Virus record (IMG/VR): IMGVR_UViG_3300044670_000849
Coordinates: 1 to 26,431 of that record
Length of the DNA: 26,431 bases
Direction: 5' to 3' (one strand)
From: a virus
Lineage: Duplodnaviria > Caudoviricetes
In this document: piece after piece, positions 1 through 7,288 of the stretch
Layout: every line of letters starts with the position of its first letter
How positions within the stretch are numbered: position 1 is the first letter of the stretch
Position numbers and translations under genes: made by a program
The notes under the pieces: model-generated
The model's database searches: none
What the model saw: only the letters and a program-made list of their open reading frames with translations
What the model was told of the DNA's origin: nothing

Positions 1-139
1 TGTCCTCGACTTCGCAGAATCTCACCTTTACAAACTCGTGAAGGAAGGCAACCCAGCAGCGACGATTTTCTTCCTCAAGACTAAAGGCAAGAAGCGCGGA
101 TATATCGAACGGCAAGAGATAGAGGTCACCGAGAAGAAG
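1..139. repeat. Terminal direct repeat, left copy (circular assembly overlap)
   Basis: 1-139 matches 26293-26431 except at 127 and 130 (C here, A in the right copy). Confidence 0.95.
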
Positions 140-163
140 CCGCTCTCATGGTTGGATGAATAA
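1..163 (+). CDS. terS: Terminase small subunit, 3' part (continues from 26111 across the circular junction)
   Basis: Reads ...GVLDFAESHLYKLVKEGNPAATIFFLKTKGKKRGYIERQEIEVTEKKPLSWLDE* with TAA at 161-163, overlapping the terL ATG at 156. Confidence 0.8.
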   Translation, partial: VLDFAESHLYKLVKEGNPAATIFFLKTKGKKRGYIERQEIEVTEKKPLSWLDE

Positions 164-1310
164 ACTCCCCGCGACATATTACCACGTTAAAGAATGCAAG
201 TCGAAAATCCAAGTTCACCAGGGCGGGACACGATCCGGGAAGACGTACTCCATTCTCACGGCACTCATTGAGCTTTGTCATAAGAACTCGGGGCTTGTCA
301 TCACCATATGCCGAAAGACATTCCCAGCACTTCGAGCAACAGCGATGCGGGACTTCTTTGAGATACTCAACAATGAAGACATCTACAACCCCGACCTCCA
401 CAACAAGAGCGACGCAACGTATCAACTCTGGGGGAATATGGTTGAGTTCATCAGCATCGACCAACCGCAGAAGGTCAGAGGACGCAAGCGAGACGTTCTA
501 TTCATCAACGAAGCCAACGAAATCAACCTCGAAGATTGGCGGCAACTCCTCCTCCGAACAACGGGGAGAGTCTTAATCGATTACAACCCATCAGACGAAT
601 TCCATTGGATATATGAAGAAGTCATCCCACGAGAAGACGCAGAGTTCTTCCGAACCACGTACAAAGACAACCCGTTCCTCCCTCAAAGTGTGGTCATGGA
701 AATTGAGCGGTTTAAAACAGCAGACGAGAACTTTTGGAAAGTATACGGTCTCGGAGAACGAGGAACATCAACAGCAACCATCTTCACCCACTGGAAAGAA
801 ATAAATCAAATCCCAAATGAATACAAGCTCCTCACAACGGGCGTTGACTTCGGATATACAAACGACCCAACAGCCATCGTCCGAGTCTATACAGACGGAC
901 ACGGCTTCGCAGTCGACGAACTCTGCTATGCGACAAGACTTACAAATGCGGATATTGCAAAAGTCCTCCGAGATAATCAAGTCAATCGATCGGATGTTGT
1001 TATATGTGACTCCGCAGAACCCAAGAGCATCGACGAGATACATGCTCACGGATTCAATACTCACGGAGCAAGAAAGGGAAAAGATTCGGTTAAAAATGGA
1101 ATCCAGTTCCTCCATTCGCGACCGCTTCTTGTCACGGCTCGGAGTGTAAACCTCATCCGGGAGCTTCGTAATTACAAATGGAAGGAAGACAAGAACGGGA
1201 AGCAACTGAACGAACCTGTCGATTCATTTAATCACGCGATTGACGCGATGAGGTACGCAATCACATTCAACCAAACGAACCCGAACTTCGGTTCTTATGC
1301 TATCGGCTAG
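156..1310 (+). CDS. terL: Terminase large subunit, PBSX family
   Basis: Walker A GGTRSGKT, Walker B LFINEANE, DYNP motif, nuclease acidic motifs GVDFG and NHAIDAMRY. Confidence 0.95.
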   Translation: MNKLPATYYHVKECKSKIQVHQGGTRSGKTYSILTALIELCHKNSGLVITICRKTFPALRATAMRDFFEILNNEDIYNPDLHNKSDATYQLWGNMVEFISIDQPQKVRGRKRDVLFINEANEINLEDWRQLLLRTTGRVLIDYNPSDEFHWIYEEVIPREDAEFFRTTYKDNPFLPQSVVMEIERFKTADENFWKVYGLGERGTSTATIFTHWKEINQIPNEYKLLTTGVDFGYTNDPTAIVRVYTDGHGFAVDELCYATRLTNADIAKVLRDNQVNRSDVVICDSAEPKSIDEIHAHGFNTHGARKGKDSVKNGIQFLHSRPLLVTARSVNLIRELRNYKWKEDKNGKQLNEPVDSFNHAIDAMRYAITFNQTNPNFGSYAIG

Positions 1311-1342
1311 AAAAGAAAAAAGAAAAAAAATGTGTTTTAGGG

Positions 1343-1376
1343 TTGGATAACTAAAAAACTTGCGTATCTTTACACC
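1343..1376 (+). promoter_or_regulatory. Bacteroidota sigma-A-type promoter (TTG-N19-TATCTTTA) with upstream A-tract
   Basis: TTGGATAACTAAAAAACTTGCGTATCTTTACACC-ATG; same length and very similar to the element at 20392-20425; poly-A tract at 1311-1330. Confidence 0.7.
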
Positions 1377-1544
1377 ATGACAAACGCAAGCAAATTAGAC
1401 ATTCAGCCGGGTACTCAAGTAATGGTTATCACGGCTTTTGGACATACATATCCTGGAGTGGTAAATAAATCGGAAAAACACAACGGAAAAAAATGGTATG
1501 AAGTAACTTGGAATTTTATGGATTTGCCCCGCGAACAGAATTAA
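1377..1544 (+). CDS. 55-aa moron-like protein, possible SH3/Tudor-like beta-barrel (not in ORF track)
   Basis: MTNASKLDIQPGTQVMVITAFGHTYPGVVNKSEKHNGKKWYEVTWNFMDLPREQN*; AT-rich, flanked by its own promoter and terminator. Confidence 0.7.
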   Translation: MTNASKLDIQPGTQVMVITAFGHTYPGVVNKSEKHNGKKWYEVTWNFMDLPREQN

Positions 1545-1592
1545 TAATTGATTACCGTCTCATTCTTGCTTGATATAATAGCACAACAACAG

Positions 1593-1617
1593 AAGCCCCT
1601 CACGGGGCTTTTTTTTT
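1593..1617 (+). terminator. Rho-independent terminator
   Basis: AAGCCCC-TCAC-GGGGCTT followed by a T run. Confidence 0.9.
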
Positions 1618-1634
1618 GCCCTAACTTTCGGGCT

Positions 1635-1682
1635 ACCCGCACGATTCACGCAAACCCGCAAGATTCACGCATTTTTCACGCA
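1635..1682. repeat. Intergenic direct repeats
   Basis: ACCCGCA(C/A)GATTCACGCA at 1635-1652 and 1654-1671, plus a third TTCACGCA core at 1675-1682. Confidence 0.85.
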
Positions 1683-1694
1683 TTCCATTTTGGA

Positions 1695-1721
1695 TAAGGA
1701 AACCAAACAAATCAAGTTATT
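1695..1721 (+). promoter_or_regulatory. Candidate phage late promoter TAAGGA-N15-GTTATT
   Basis: Same bipartite motif at 10746 and 13403; lies just before the ATG at 1725, downstream of a terminator. Confidence 0.5.
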
Positions 1722-1724
1722 AGA

Positions 1725-2381
1725 ATGATGGAACTCAAACTCCCGCACCGATGGTCGGATCTCTCACTCGGAGAACTCCAAGTCATGATGACCGCAGACA
1801 ACCCCCTCGACAAGATATCCATCTGTTCGGGGTACTCGGTGGAGAAACTCCGGGCGATGCCTCAGAAGCTAATAGAAGCCGCTTCAGCGCATCTTGACAA
1901 TCTCCTCACCCAAGAGACTGCACGACACGAGAAAGTCGTTGAGATGGACGGAAAACGCTTCGGGTTTATTCCGAACTGGGATGAGTTTACAGCGGGTGAA
2001 TGGATCGACATGGAAAACCACCTCGAGGATTTTTGGGCAAACGCTCACAAAATTACCGCTCTTCTCTATCGGGAAGTGACCTACGAACTCGGAGAGAAAT
2101 ACGAGATAAAGAAGTACACCGCCAAAGAAGACGCAAGCCTCTTTGAAGAGATGCCGGCTGACTTGGTATCGGGGATGCTGCTTTTTTTTTGGACTTCCAG
2201 AAATCAACTGCTTCACGATATGCAGTTCTCTTTGCTGGAGGTGGCGGACAAAGCGATCCAATCGGCGAAAAATGGGGATGGTACCATCTCCTCTATTCCC
2301 TCTCCGGGGAAGACATCCTCAAGATGGACGCGATTACGGAACTCCCTGTTCAAGTCGTATTCCAACACCTCAGCTATTTAA
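1725..2381 (+). CDS. Probable tail assembly chaperone, 0-frame product (gpG-like)
   Basis: 218-aa ORF heading the tail cluster, containing a T9 slippery run at 2182-2190 (LFFW). Confidence 0.55.
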   Translation: MMELKLPHRWSDLSLGELQVMMTADNPLDKISICSGYSVEKLRAMPQKLIEAASAHLDNLLTQETARHEKVVEMDGKRFGFIPNWDEFTAGEWIDMENHLEDFWANAHKITALLYREVTYELGEKYEIKKYTAKEDASLFEEMPADLVSGMLLFFWTSRNQLLHDMQFSLLEVADKAIQSAKNGDGTISSIPSPGKTSSRWTRLRNSLFKSYSNTSAI

Positions 2382-2413
2382 AAGACCGAAGCTCACATGA
2401 TCACGTTCAATAA
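2182..2413 (+). CDS. -1 frameshift extension (gpGT-like C-terminus)
   Basis: T TTT TTT heptamer; the -1 frame reads FLDFQKSTASRYAVLF...KWGWYHLLYSLSGEDILKMDAITELPVQVVFQHLSYLKD... and overlaps the next ATG at 2397. Confidence 0.65.
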
Positions 2414-5400
2414 CATCGTAGAAAGGTTCGAAGTATTCGCAACGAATCACTTCTTCATTAAGTCATTCTCTTTCGGCTCTCCGGATGATGTAGACCTCGC
2501 AAAGTTTACCGAGTTCCCACTCATGCATATGGTTTACACTGGGGCAACATATGACACCGGGACGAAGACTTACAATATCGAGGTATATATCCTTGACGTA
2601 CCAGCAGACAAGAGCGATAAGGTAGAACGACAACGGGAGGTCGTATCGGATGCGGAGCAATGCGCTGAAGACATCATCGCAGATATCCGAATGGGCGGGA
2701 ATATCTTCACCTTTGCTCAAGACTATGAAGTCGTAAACGCGACAACGACACCGCTCGAAGAAGAGACTAAGAACGTCCTCTCGGGTGTTCTCTTGGATTT
2801 GTCGGTTGCGATCCCTTACGAGTGGGACGCTTGTAACGCTCCAATTGATGGAGTCAGCCCTGAGGGTGGAGACGAACCTTCATACGCTCGACGCGGCTTC
2901 TTGCGTATGTTGACGCTCGATGGCTCGACCGATGTTTTGAGCGTTCGCACAATCAAAGTCACCAACGGCACCCTCACCGATGATGGAGACGGGGTAGTAA
3001 CCTTGAACACGGGAGGAGTTGAAACCCTCGACGACTTGACCGATGTTGACATCATCAGCCCGGATCAAGGCGATGTTCTATCTTACAACTCGGGCGTTCA
3101 GAAGTGGATGGTCAACGGAGGGCTTCAAGAGCTTCTCGCGCGCTTTAAAGCAAGCGGAACGGGTGCGCAGATGTACGACACCCTAAACGATACAACGAAG
3201 GGCTATATCGACATTCTAGCCAACAGCGCAAAGATGAAAGTCAACCTTTCGGGATTGACCGTTACCGAAGCCTCTCCAGGTGTTTTATCGTTTGCAGTTG
3301 CAGCGGGTACCGAAGGGAACGAAGTCGAGTTCGAGGCGATGACTATCGAAGGAAGCGACGCTCTTTCTACTATTGCAGACATCAACTTTAAGCAAGGGGC
3401 GTTGACATATTGGGAGAATGCCACAGGTAAGATTTGGCTACGCGCTCCGAACGTGGGAAATATTACCGTCCTATTTCCAAGCTCAACGGGAACCCTGGCA
3501 CTTACGACCGATATCCCGAACGTACCTGTCGACTCGGTAAACGGTCAAACGGGCGTTGTTGTATTGGATACGGGAGACATTGACGAGAACGGGAATCTCT
3601 ATTATACAGAGGCACGGGTTGCAGCGAATGCCGCTGTTGCAGCCAATACAGCGAAGGTGGGAATAACACCAACGCAAGCGAGCGAGATAACAGCCAACAC
3701 CGCAAAGGTTGGGATCACTACCCAACAAGCCGCAGACATAACCGCAAACAATGCGAAGGTCGGAATCACACCGACTCAAGCGGGAGAGATAACCGCGAAC
3801 ACGGCAAAAGTGGGAGTCATTGCGGGAGGTACTTCGGGGCAAGCTCTCGTAAAGGCAAGCGGTACGGATTACGATACGGAGTGGGCAGATATTGCAATTG
3901 ACACTCAGTATCACGATCGCTTCGCAACAGACGCGGAGACATTCCGAAGCGGAGCAACGGATACAGTCGAACTTTATTACACCGCCAAAGCGGACGGGGA
4001 CGGACTCGCGGAGAGCGCAAGCAGCGACACCCCAACAGCGGGCAAGATTATCAGGAGAAAGATATATTACTCCGAGGCTGCGTTCGCGGACCCCGACACG
4101 GGGACTTGGGTTGAGTTTACACCAGCACCCGCAGACGATGCGTCTTTTGCTACGGTTAAGGCGGCTCTTTTGGAGTATCTCAAAGCGAGGACGGGCGGCA
4201 CGGTTCCAATTAGCCTCAAGCAAACCTGGGAGGAAGTAACAGCCGCACCATCGTTCACGGGGTTACTCAACGAAACGTATGGCAGCGGAGCGGAGGCGGC
4301 GTACTCAACGCGAAGGTTGAACGGAAATGTCACGGAGTGCATGGTCATTCGCAGGGCATCGGATAGCACGACCACAACGATAGGCTTCGACGGTTCAGGC
4401 AATATCTCGGAGGCAGATATTGAAACGTTCTGCACGGGTACGAGTTGCACGGTCTACCAATGGCTTGACCAATCAGGAAACGGGAACCACGCGACAGCCC
4501 CAAGCACGGGAGAAGAACCGACGATTTACACAGGCGGGGCGTTGGTGAAGGAGAACGGAAAAGTGGCTTTAGACTTTGATGGGACAAATAATTGGTTAGA
4601 CCTTGGAACGAATCAACTTGGAAACACTGAGCTTTTTGCAGATAGCGGAGATGCATTTAGCATCTATCAATACGCAACGATTGACACGGAGGGGACTGTA
4701 TTTAGCAAAGCCGTAGCAAACAACTCAAGTAGAGATTATCAACTGTACTATCAAAATGAATGGGCTTCTTATATTCGCGGAGCTTTTACGTTGACGGGTA
4801 TAACAGAAAAAAGAATGCTCGCTTCTTTTGATTGGAATGGAAGTAGTGCAGCGGCAACTTTCAACGGAACAAGTCAATCCATTAACATTGGAACGGCAGC
4901 GAAATCGACACAAGACATAAACATCGGGAGCCGTTCGGATGGTGGGTTTTTACTTGACGGCAAGAATCAGGAAATAATTGTTTACGATTCTTCGAAATCT
5001 ACAACCGACCGCACAGATATCGAAGAAAACATTGGCGACTACTTCACACAAAACACGCCACTGCTCGACACGTACAGCGGTGCATCGGCTGCGTATTCAT
5101 TGCGACGGCTTTCGAGTACATACACAGGTGACGCGGTAGAGGTTTACAACGGGAGCAGCTACGCGGATATAGGGTTTAACGTATTCGGTGAATTGGATAC
5201 GGTCGCACTCGCAGCGCATTGCGGGAGTAATGACGGGTTTGTATCGAAGTGGTACGACCAGAGCGGGAATACGAACACGGCAGCGCAAACCGCGACGGCG
5301 AACATGCCGAAGATTTACGACGGGACTACGGGCGTGGTGACGGAGAACGGGAAGCCTGCTGTTCAGTTTGACGGTTCAAATGACTATGTTTCCACAGCTG

Positions 5401-5828
5401 ACTTTACCGCAGAAGCACAGCCGTTTTACTTTAGTCTAGTAATCTCTCCCGATTCGACTGCGTTAGCACGATTGATAGACACAAATGGAACGGATACAAA
5501 CAACCGAATAAATGTCACTTTGGACGGGAGTACATACGGGATAAACGCGGGCAATACAATTAGTGGCGGCACAACATCAACAACCCAACAACTCCTTACC
5601 GCGGATTTCGATACTACGTCTTCATTTGTGTACAAGAACGGAAGCCAAATAATTTCGGGCGATGCTGGCACACGTAATATCGACAGCATCAGAATTGGAG
5701 CGAATAAAAATGGAATCCAAGTTCTAAACGGTACAATGCAAGAGGTTATATTTTATAACTCTGACCAATCCAGCAACCGCACGAACATCGAGGACAACAT
5801 CAACACGTTCTACAACATATACTCATGA
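2397..5828 (+). CDS. Fusion protein: N-terminal tail terminator/completion-like domain, fibre stalk, and two ConA/LamG-like lectin modules
   Basis: First ~150 aa acidic and beta-rich, ending DACNAP; fibre motifs LDDLTDVDI...GDVLSYN and VDSVNGQTGVVVL; ANTAKVG repeats; duplicated AAYS(T/L)RRL...W.DQSGN...FDG...QE.I.Y modules. Confidence 0.75.
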   Translation: MITFNNIVERFEVFATNHFFIKSFSFGSPDDVDLAKFTEFPLMHMVYTGATYDTGTKTYNIEVYILDVPADKSDKVERQREVVSDAEQCAEDIIADIRMGGNIFTFAQDYEVVNATTTPLEEETKNVLSGVLLDLSVAIPYEWDACNAPIDGVSPEGGDEPSYARRGFLRMLTLDGSTDVLSVRTIKVTNGTLTDDGDGVVTLNTGGVETLDDLTDVDIISPDQGDVLSYNSGVQKWMVNGGLQELLARFKASGTGAQMYDTLNDTTKGYIDILANSAKMKVNLSGLTVTEASPGVLSFAVAAGTEGNEVEFEAMTIEGSDALSTIADINFKQGALTYWENATGKIWLRAPNVGNITVLFPSSTGTLALTTDIPNVPVDSVNGQTGVVVLDTGDIDENGNLYYTEARVAANAAVAANTAKVGITPTQASEITANTAKVGITTQQAADITANNAKVGITPTQAGEITANTAKVGVIAGGTSGQALVKASGTDYDTEWADIAIDTQYHDRFATDAETFRSGATDTVELYYTAKADGDGLAESASSDTPTAGKIIRRKIYYSEAAFADPDTGTWVEFTPAPADDASFATVKAALLEYLKARTGGTVPISLKQTWEEVTAAPSFTGLLNETYGSGAEAAYSTRRLNGNVTECMVIRRASDSTTTTIGFDGSGNISEADIETFCTGTSCTVYQWLDQSGNGNHATAPSTGEEPTIYTGGALVKENGKVALDFDGTNNWLDLGTNQLGNTELFADSGDAFSIYQYATIDTEGTVFSKAVANNSSRDYQLYYQNEWASYIRGAFTLTGITEKRMLASFDWNGSSAAATFNGTSQSINIGTAAKSTQDINIGSRSDGGFLLDGKNQEIIVYDSSKSTTDRTDIEENIGDYFTQNTPLLDTYSGASAAYSLRRLSSTYTGDAVEVYNGSSYADIGFNVFGELDTVALAAHCGSNDGFVSKWYDQSGNTNTAAQTATANMPKIYDGTTGVVTENGKPAVQFDGSNDYVSTADFTAEAQPFYFSLVISPDSTALARLIDTNGTDTNNRINVTLDGSTYGINAGNTISGGTTSTTQQLLTADFDTTSSFVYKNGSQIISGDAGTRNIDSIRIGANKNGIQVLNGTMQEVIFYNSDQSSNRTNIEDNINTFYNIYS
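3642..3815 (+). repeat. 51-bp (17-aa) tandem coding repeats, about 3.4 copies
   Basis: ANTAKVGITPTQASEIT / ANTAKVGITTQQAADIT / ANNAKVGITPTQAGEIT / ANTAKVG. Confidence 0.9.
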
Positions 5829-6226
5829 ACGGCTACATAATAGTCCTACCAACGGACACGCAAACAAGCGAACGGAGAGCGTACCAAATAACACGCGAAC
5901 TCTACAACATCTCACGCCCTGTATTGATACAGGCAGACGGGGAAGCGGCTTCGACCGTGTTCGGGATTATCGTACACCCTGACGGAGTACAGAACGCTTT
6001 GCAGGTTGATACCGATTACCTTATCAACGTACACCCTGCGGCAACGCTTGAGAAGTTGGTCGCTTGCTTTCCTGAGCTTTCAAACGACGAACGCTTCTCC
6101 CTGTCTGCATTTGTCCAAACCAATTCCAAGTTTCCGTTCGGTTATATCGTGCCAAGCGATACGACGATACGAACACAAGAATACATGGAGGAGAACGGAT
6201 GGTTCCCTGAAAACCCTGAATTATGA
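5825..6226 (+). CDS. Hypothetical protein, possibly fibre-associated or a chaperone
   Basis: 133-aa ORF with ATGA overlap to the fibre gene. Confidence 0.7.
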   Translation: MNGYIIVLPTDTQTSERRAYQITRELYNISRPVLIQADGEAASTVFGIIVHPDGVQNALQVDTDYLINVHPAATLEKLVACFPELSNDERFSLSAFVQTNSKFPFGYIVPSDTTIRTQEYMEENGWFPENPEL

Positions 6227-6372
6227 CAATCGATATATATTATCTCCTTTCTTGGTTGGCTTACTTCGGCACACAAACGAAGTATGATCCGACGTATGAT
6301 TTGAATGGCGACGGCTATGTGACAATTGCCGACCTGCTCGAATTCTTAACTCTCTTTGGCACGACGATATGA
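6223..6372 (+). CDS. 49-aa dockerin/EF-hand-like microprotein (not in ORF track)
   Basis: MTIDIYYLLSWLAYFGTQTKYDPTYDLNGDGYVTIADLLEFLTLFGTTI*; ATGA overlaps on both sides; DLNGDGYVTIAD Ca-binding loop. Confidence 0.75.
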   Translation: MTIDIYYLLSWLAYFGTQTKYDPTYDLNGDGYVTIADLLEFLTLFGTTI

Positions 6373-6731
6373 AAGCTATCAAAATACTCTTTCTCGTAGT
6401 CCTCGCATTCGTAGCGATTCCCGTTGGGATCGTGTACTCGGTTGGGGAGTCGCTTTACTTTATTACCTCAGATGTCCTCAGAAGCATTTGGAGAGCCATA
6501 TACGAGCTGTTTCGGGACGTATCGATTATTGTATCGGTAACCGCGTCAAAGTTCCTCAATCGGCTTCTAATGGATTCAGGTGTTCCTTTCGGGAATCATT
6601 CCGTTTCCGCAGTCCTGGGAGCCAACCAACGAGAACGAACGCTCACGGGTCTCGGTTTATGGCTGACCTTGTTACTCGATAGCATCGAGAAGAACCATTG
6701 CCGCAAGGCATCCGAACGCGCGAGGATATGA
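6369..6731 (+). CDS. Membrane-anchored hypothetical protein
   Basis: N-terminal hydrophobic helix; FGN..VSAVLG.N....TL...G..L..LLD.IEKNHC motif; ATGA-coupled. Confidence 0.7.
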   Translation: MKAIKILFLVVLAFVAIPVGIVYSVGESLYFITSDVLRSIWRAIYELFRDVSIIVSVTASKFLNRLLMDSGVPFGNHSVSAVLGANQRERTLTGLGLWLTLLLDSIEKNHCRKASERARI

Positions 6732-7288
6732 GTAAAGTCAACGAGACACTCATCGCGTTTGCAGATGACATCCTCAAGAGTGCGAAGAGGCATCTTGGAG
6801 GGCGTAGAATCGGCAAGAATAAGAATTACGGAGTCGCTACGGGTACGCTAAAGCGGTCATTGAATTATCGCGTCCGGGTACGTGGAAACGAGATACGAGA
6901 GATAAGCTTCGGAGCCAAAGGCAAGGCGAAGAAGTACGCTCCATTCATTCACTTTGGAGTGAACGGCACCCGCAAGAATCAAGGGTCTCCATTTACGTTT
7001 CGCAAGCAACCTCCCTCTTCGGTTTTTGTGAAGTGGATCAAAGCCAAAGGAATCAAGCTCAGAGATGAGAAGGGACGTTTCAAGAAGAACACGAAGAGCA
7101 ATATCAACTCCGCTGCGTTCCTCATGGCTCGCTCGGTCAAACGGAAGGGAATCGTCGGACTTCGGTTCTACGAGAAAGCATATACAGCGGTGAACAAACG
7201 ATACACGAAGAAACTCGGAGCAGCATTCGCGGAAGATATCGCGGGTAAATTCAAAGCAAACCTCGGAAACATAACGATCAAGAACTAA
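6728..7288 (+). CDS. Basic neck/tail-completion protein (HK97 gp10-like / virion morphogenesis)
   Basis: ATG at 6728 overlaps the upstream stop; ATGTLKRSL, YAPFIHFG and ARSVKRKGI motifs; very K/R-rich. Confidence 0.6.
   Translation: MSKVNETLIAFADDILKSAKRHLGGRRIGKNKNYGVATGTLKRSLNYRVRVRGNEIREISFGAKGKAKKYAPFIHFGVNGTRKNQGSPFTFRKQPPSSVFVKWIKAKGIKLRDEKGRFKKNTKSNINSAAFLMARSVKRKGIVGLRFYEKAYTAVNKRYTKKLGAAFAEDIAGKFKANLGNITIKN

Noticed and set aside
1635-1682. Possible mini-CRISPR array
   Set aside because: The repeats are adjacent with no spacer-length unique sequence between them, and there are no cas genes.
3483-4223. 246-aa reverse-strand ORF, and other long minus-strand ORFs such as 24948-25523 and 11400-11855
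   Set aside because: They are antisense shadows of well-supported + strand genes, with no recognisable motifs or start context.
4254-5828. Possible diversity-generating retroelement (TR/VR pair) in the duplicated lectin modules
   Set aside because: There is no reverse transcriptase, and the copies differ at all bases rather than only at adenines.
6698-6727. Upstream ORF-track starts (6698, 10724, 19798, 21070, 24504)
   Set aside because: Downstream ATGs at 6728, 10745, 19843, 21184 and 24699 give ATGA coupling, shorter overlaps or A-rich leaders and fit better.
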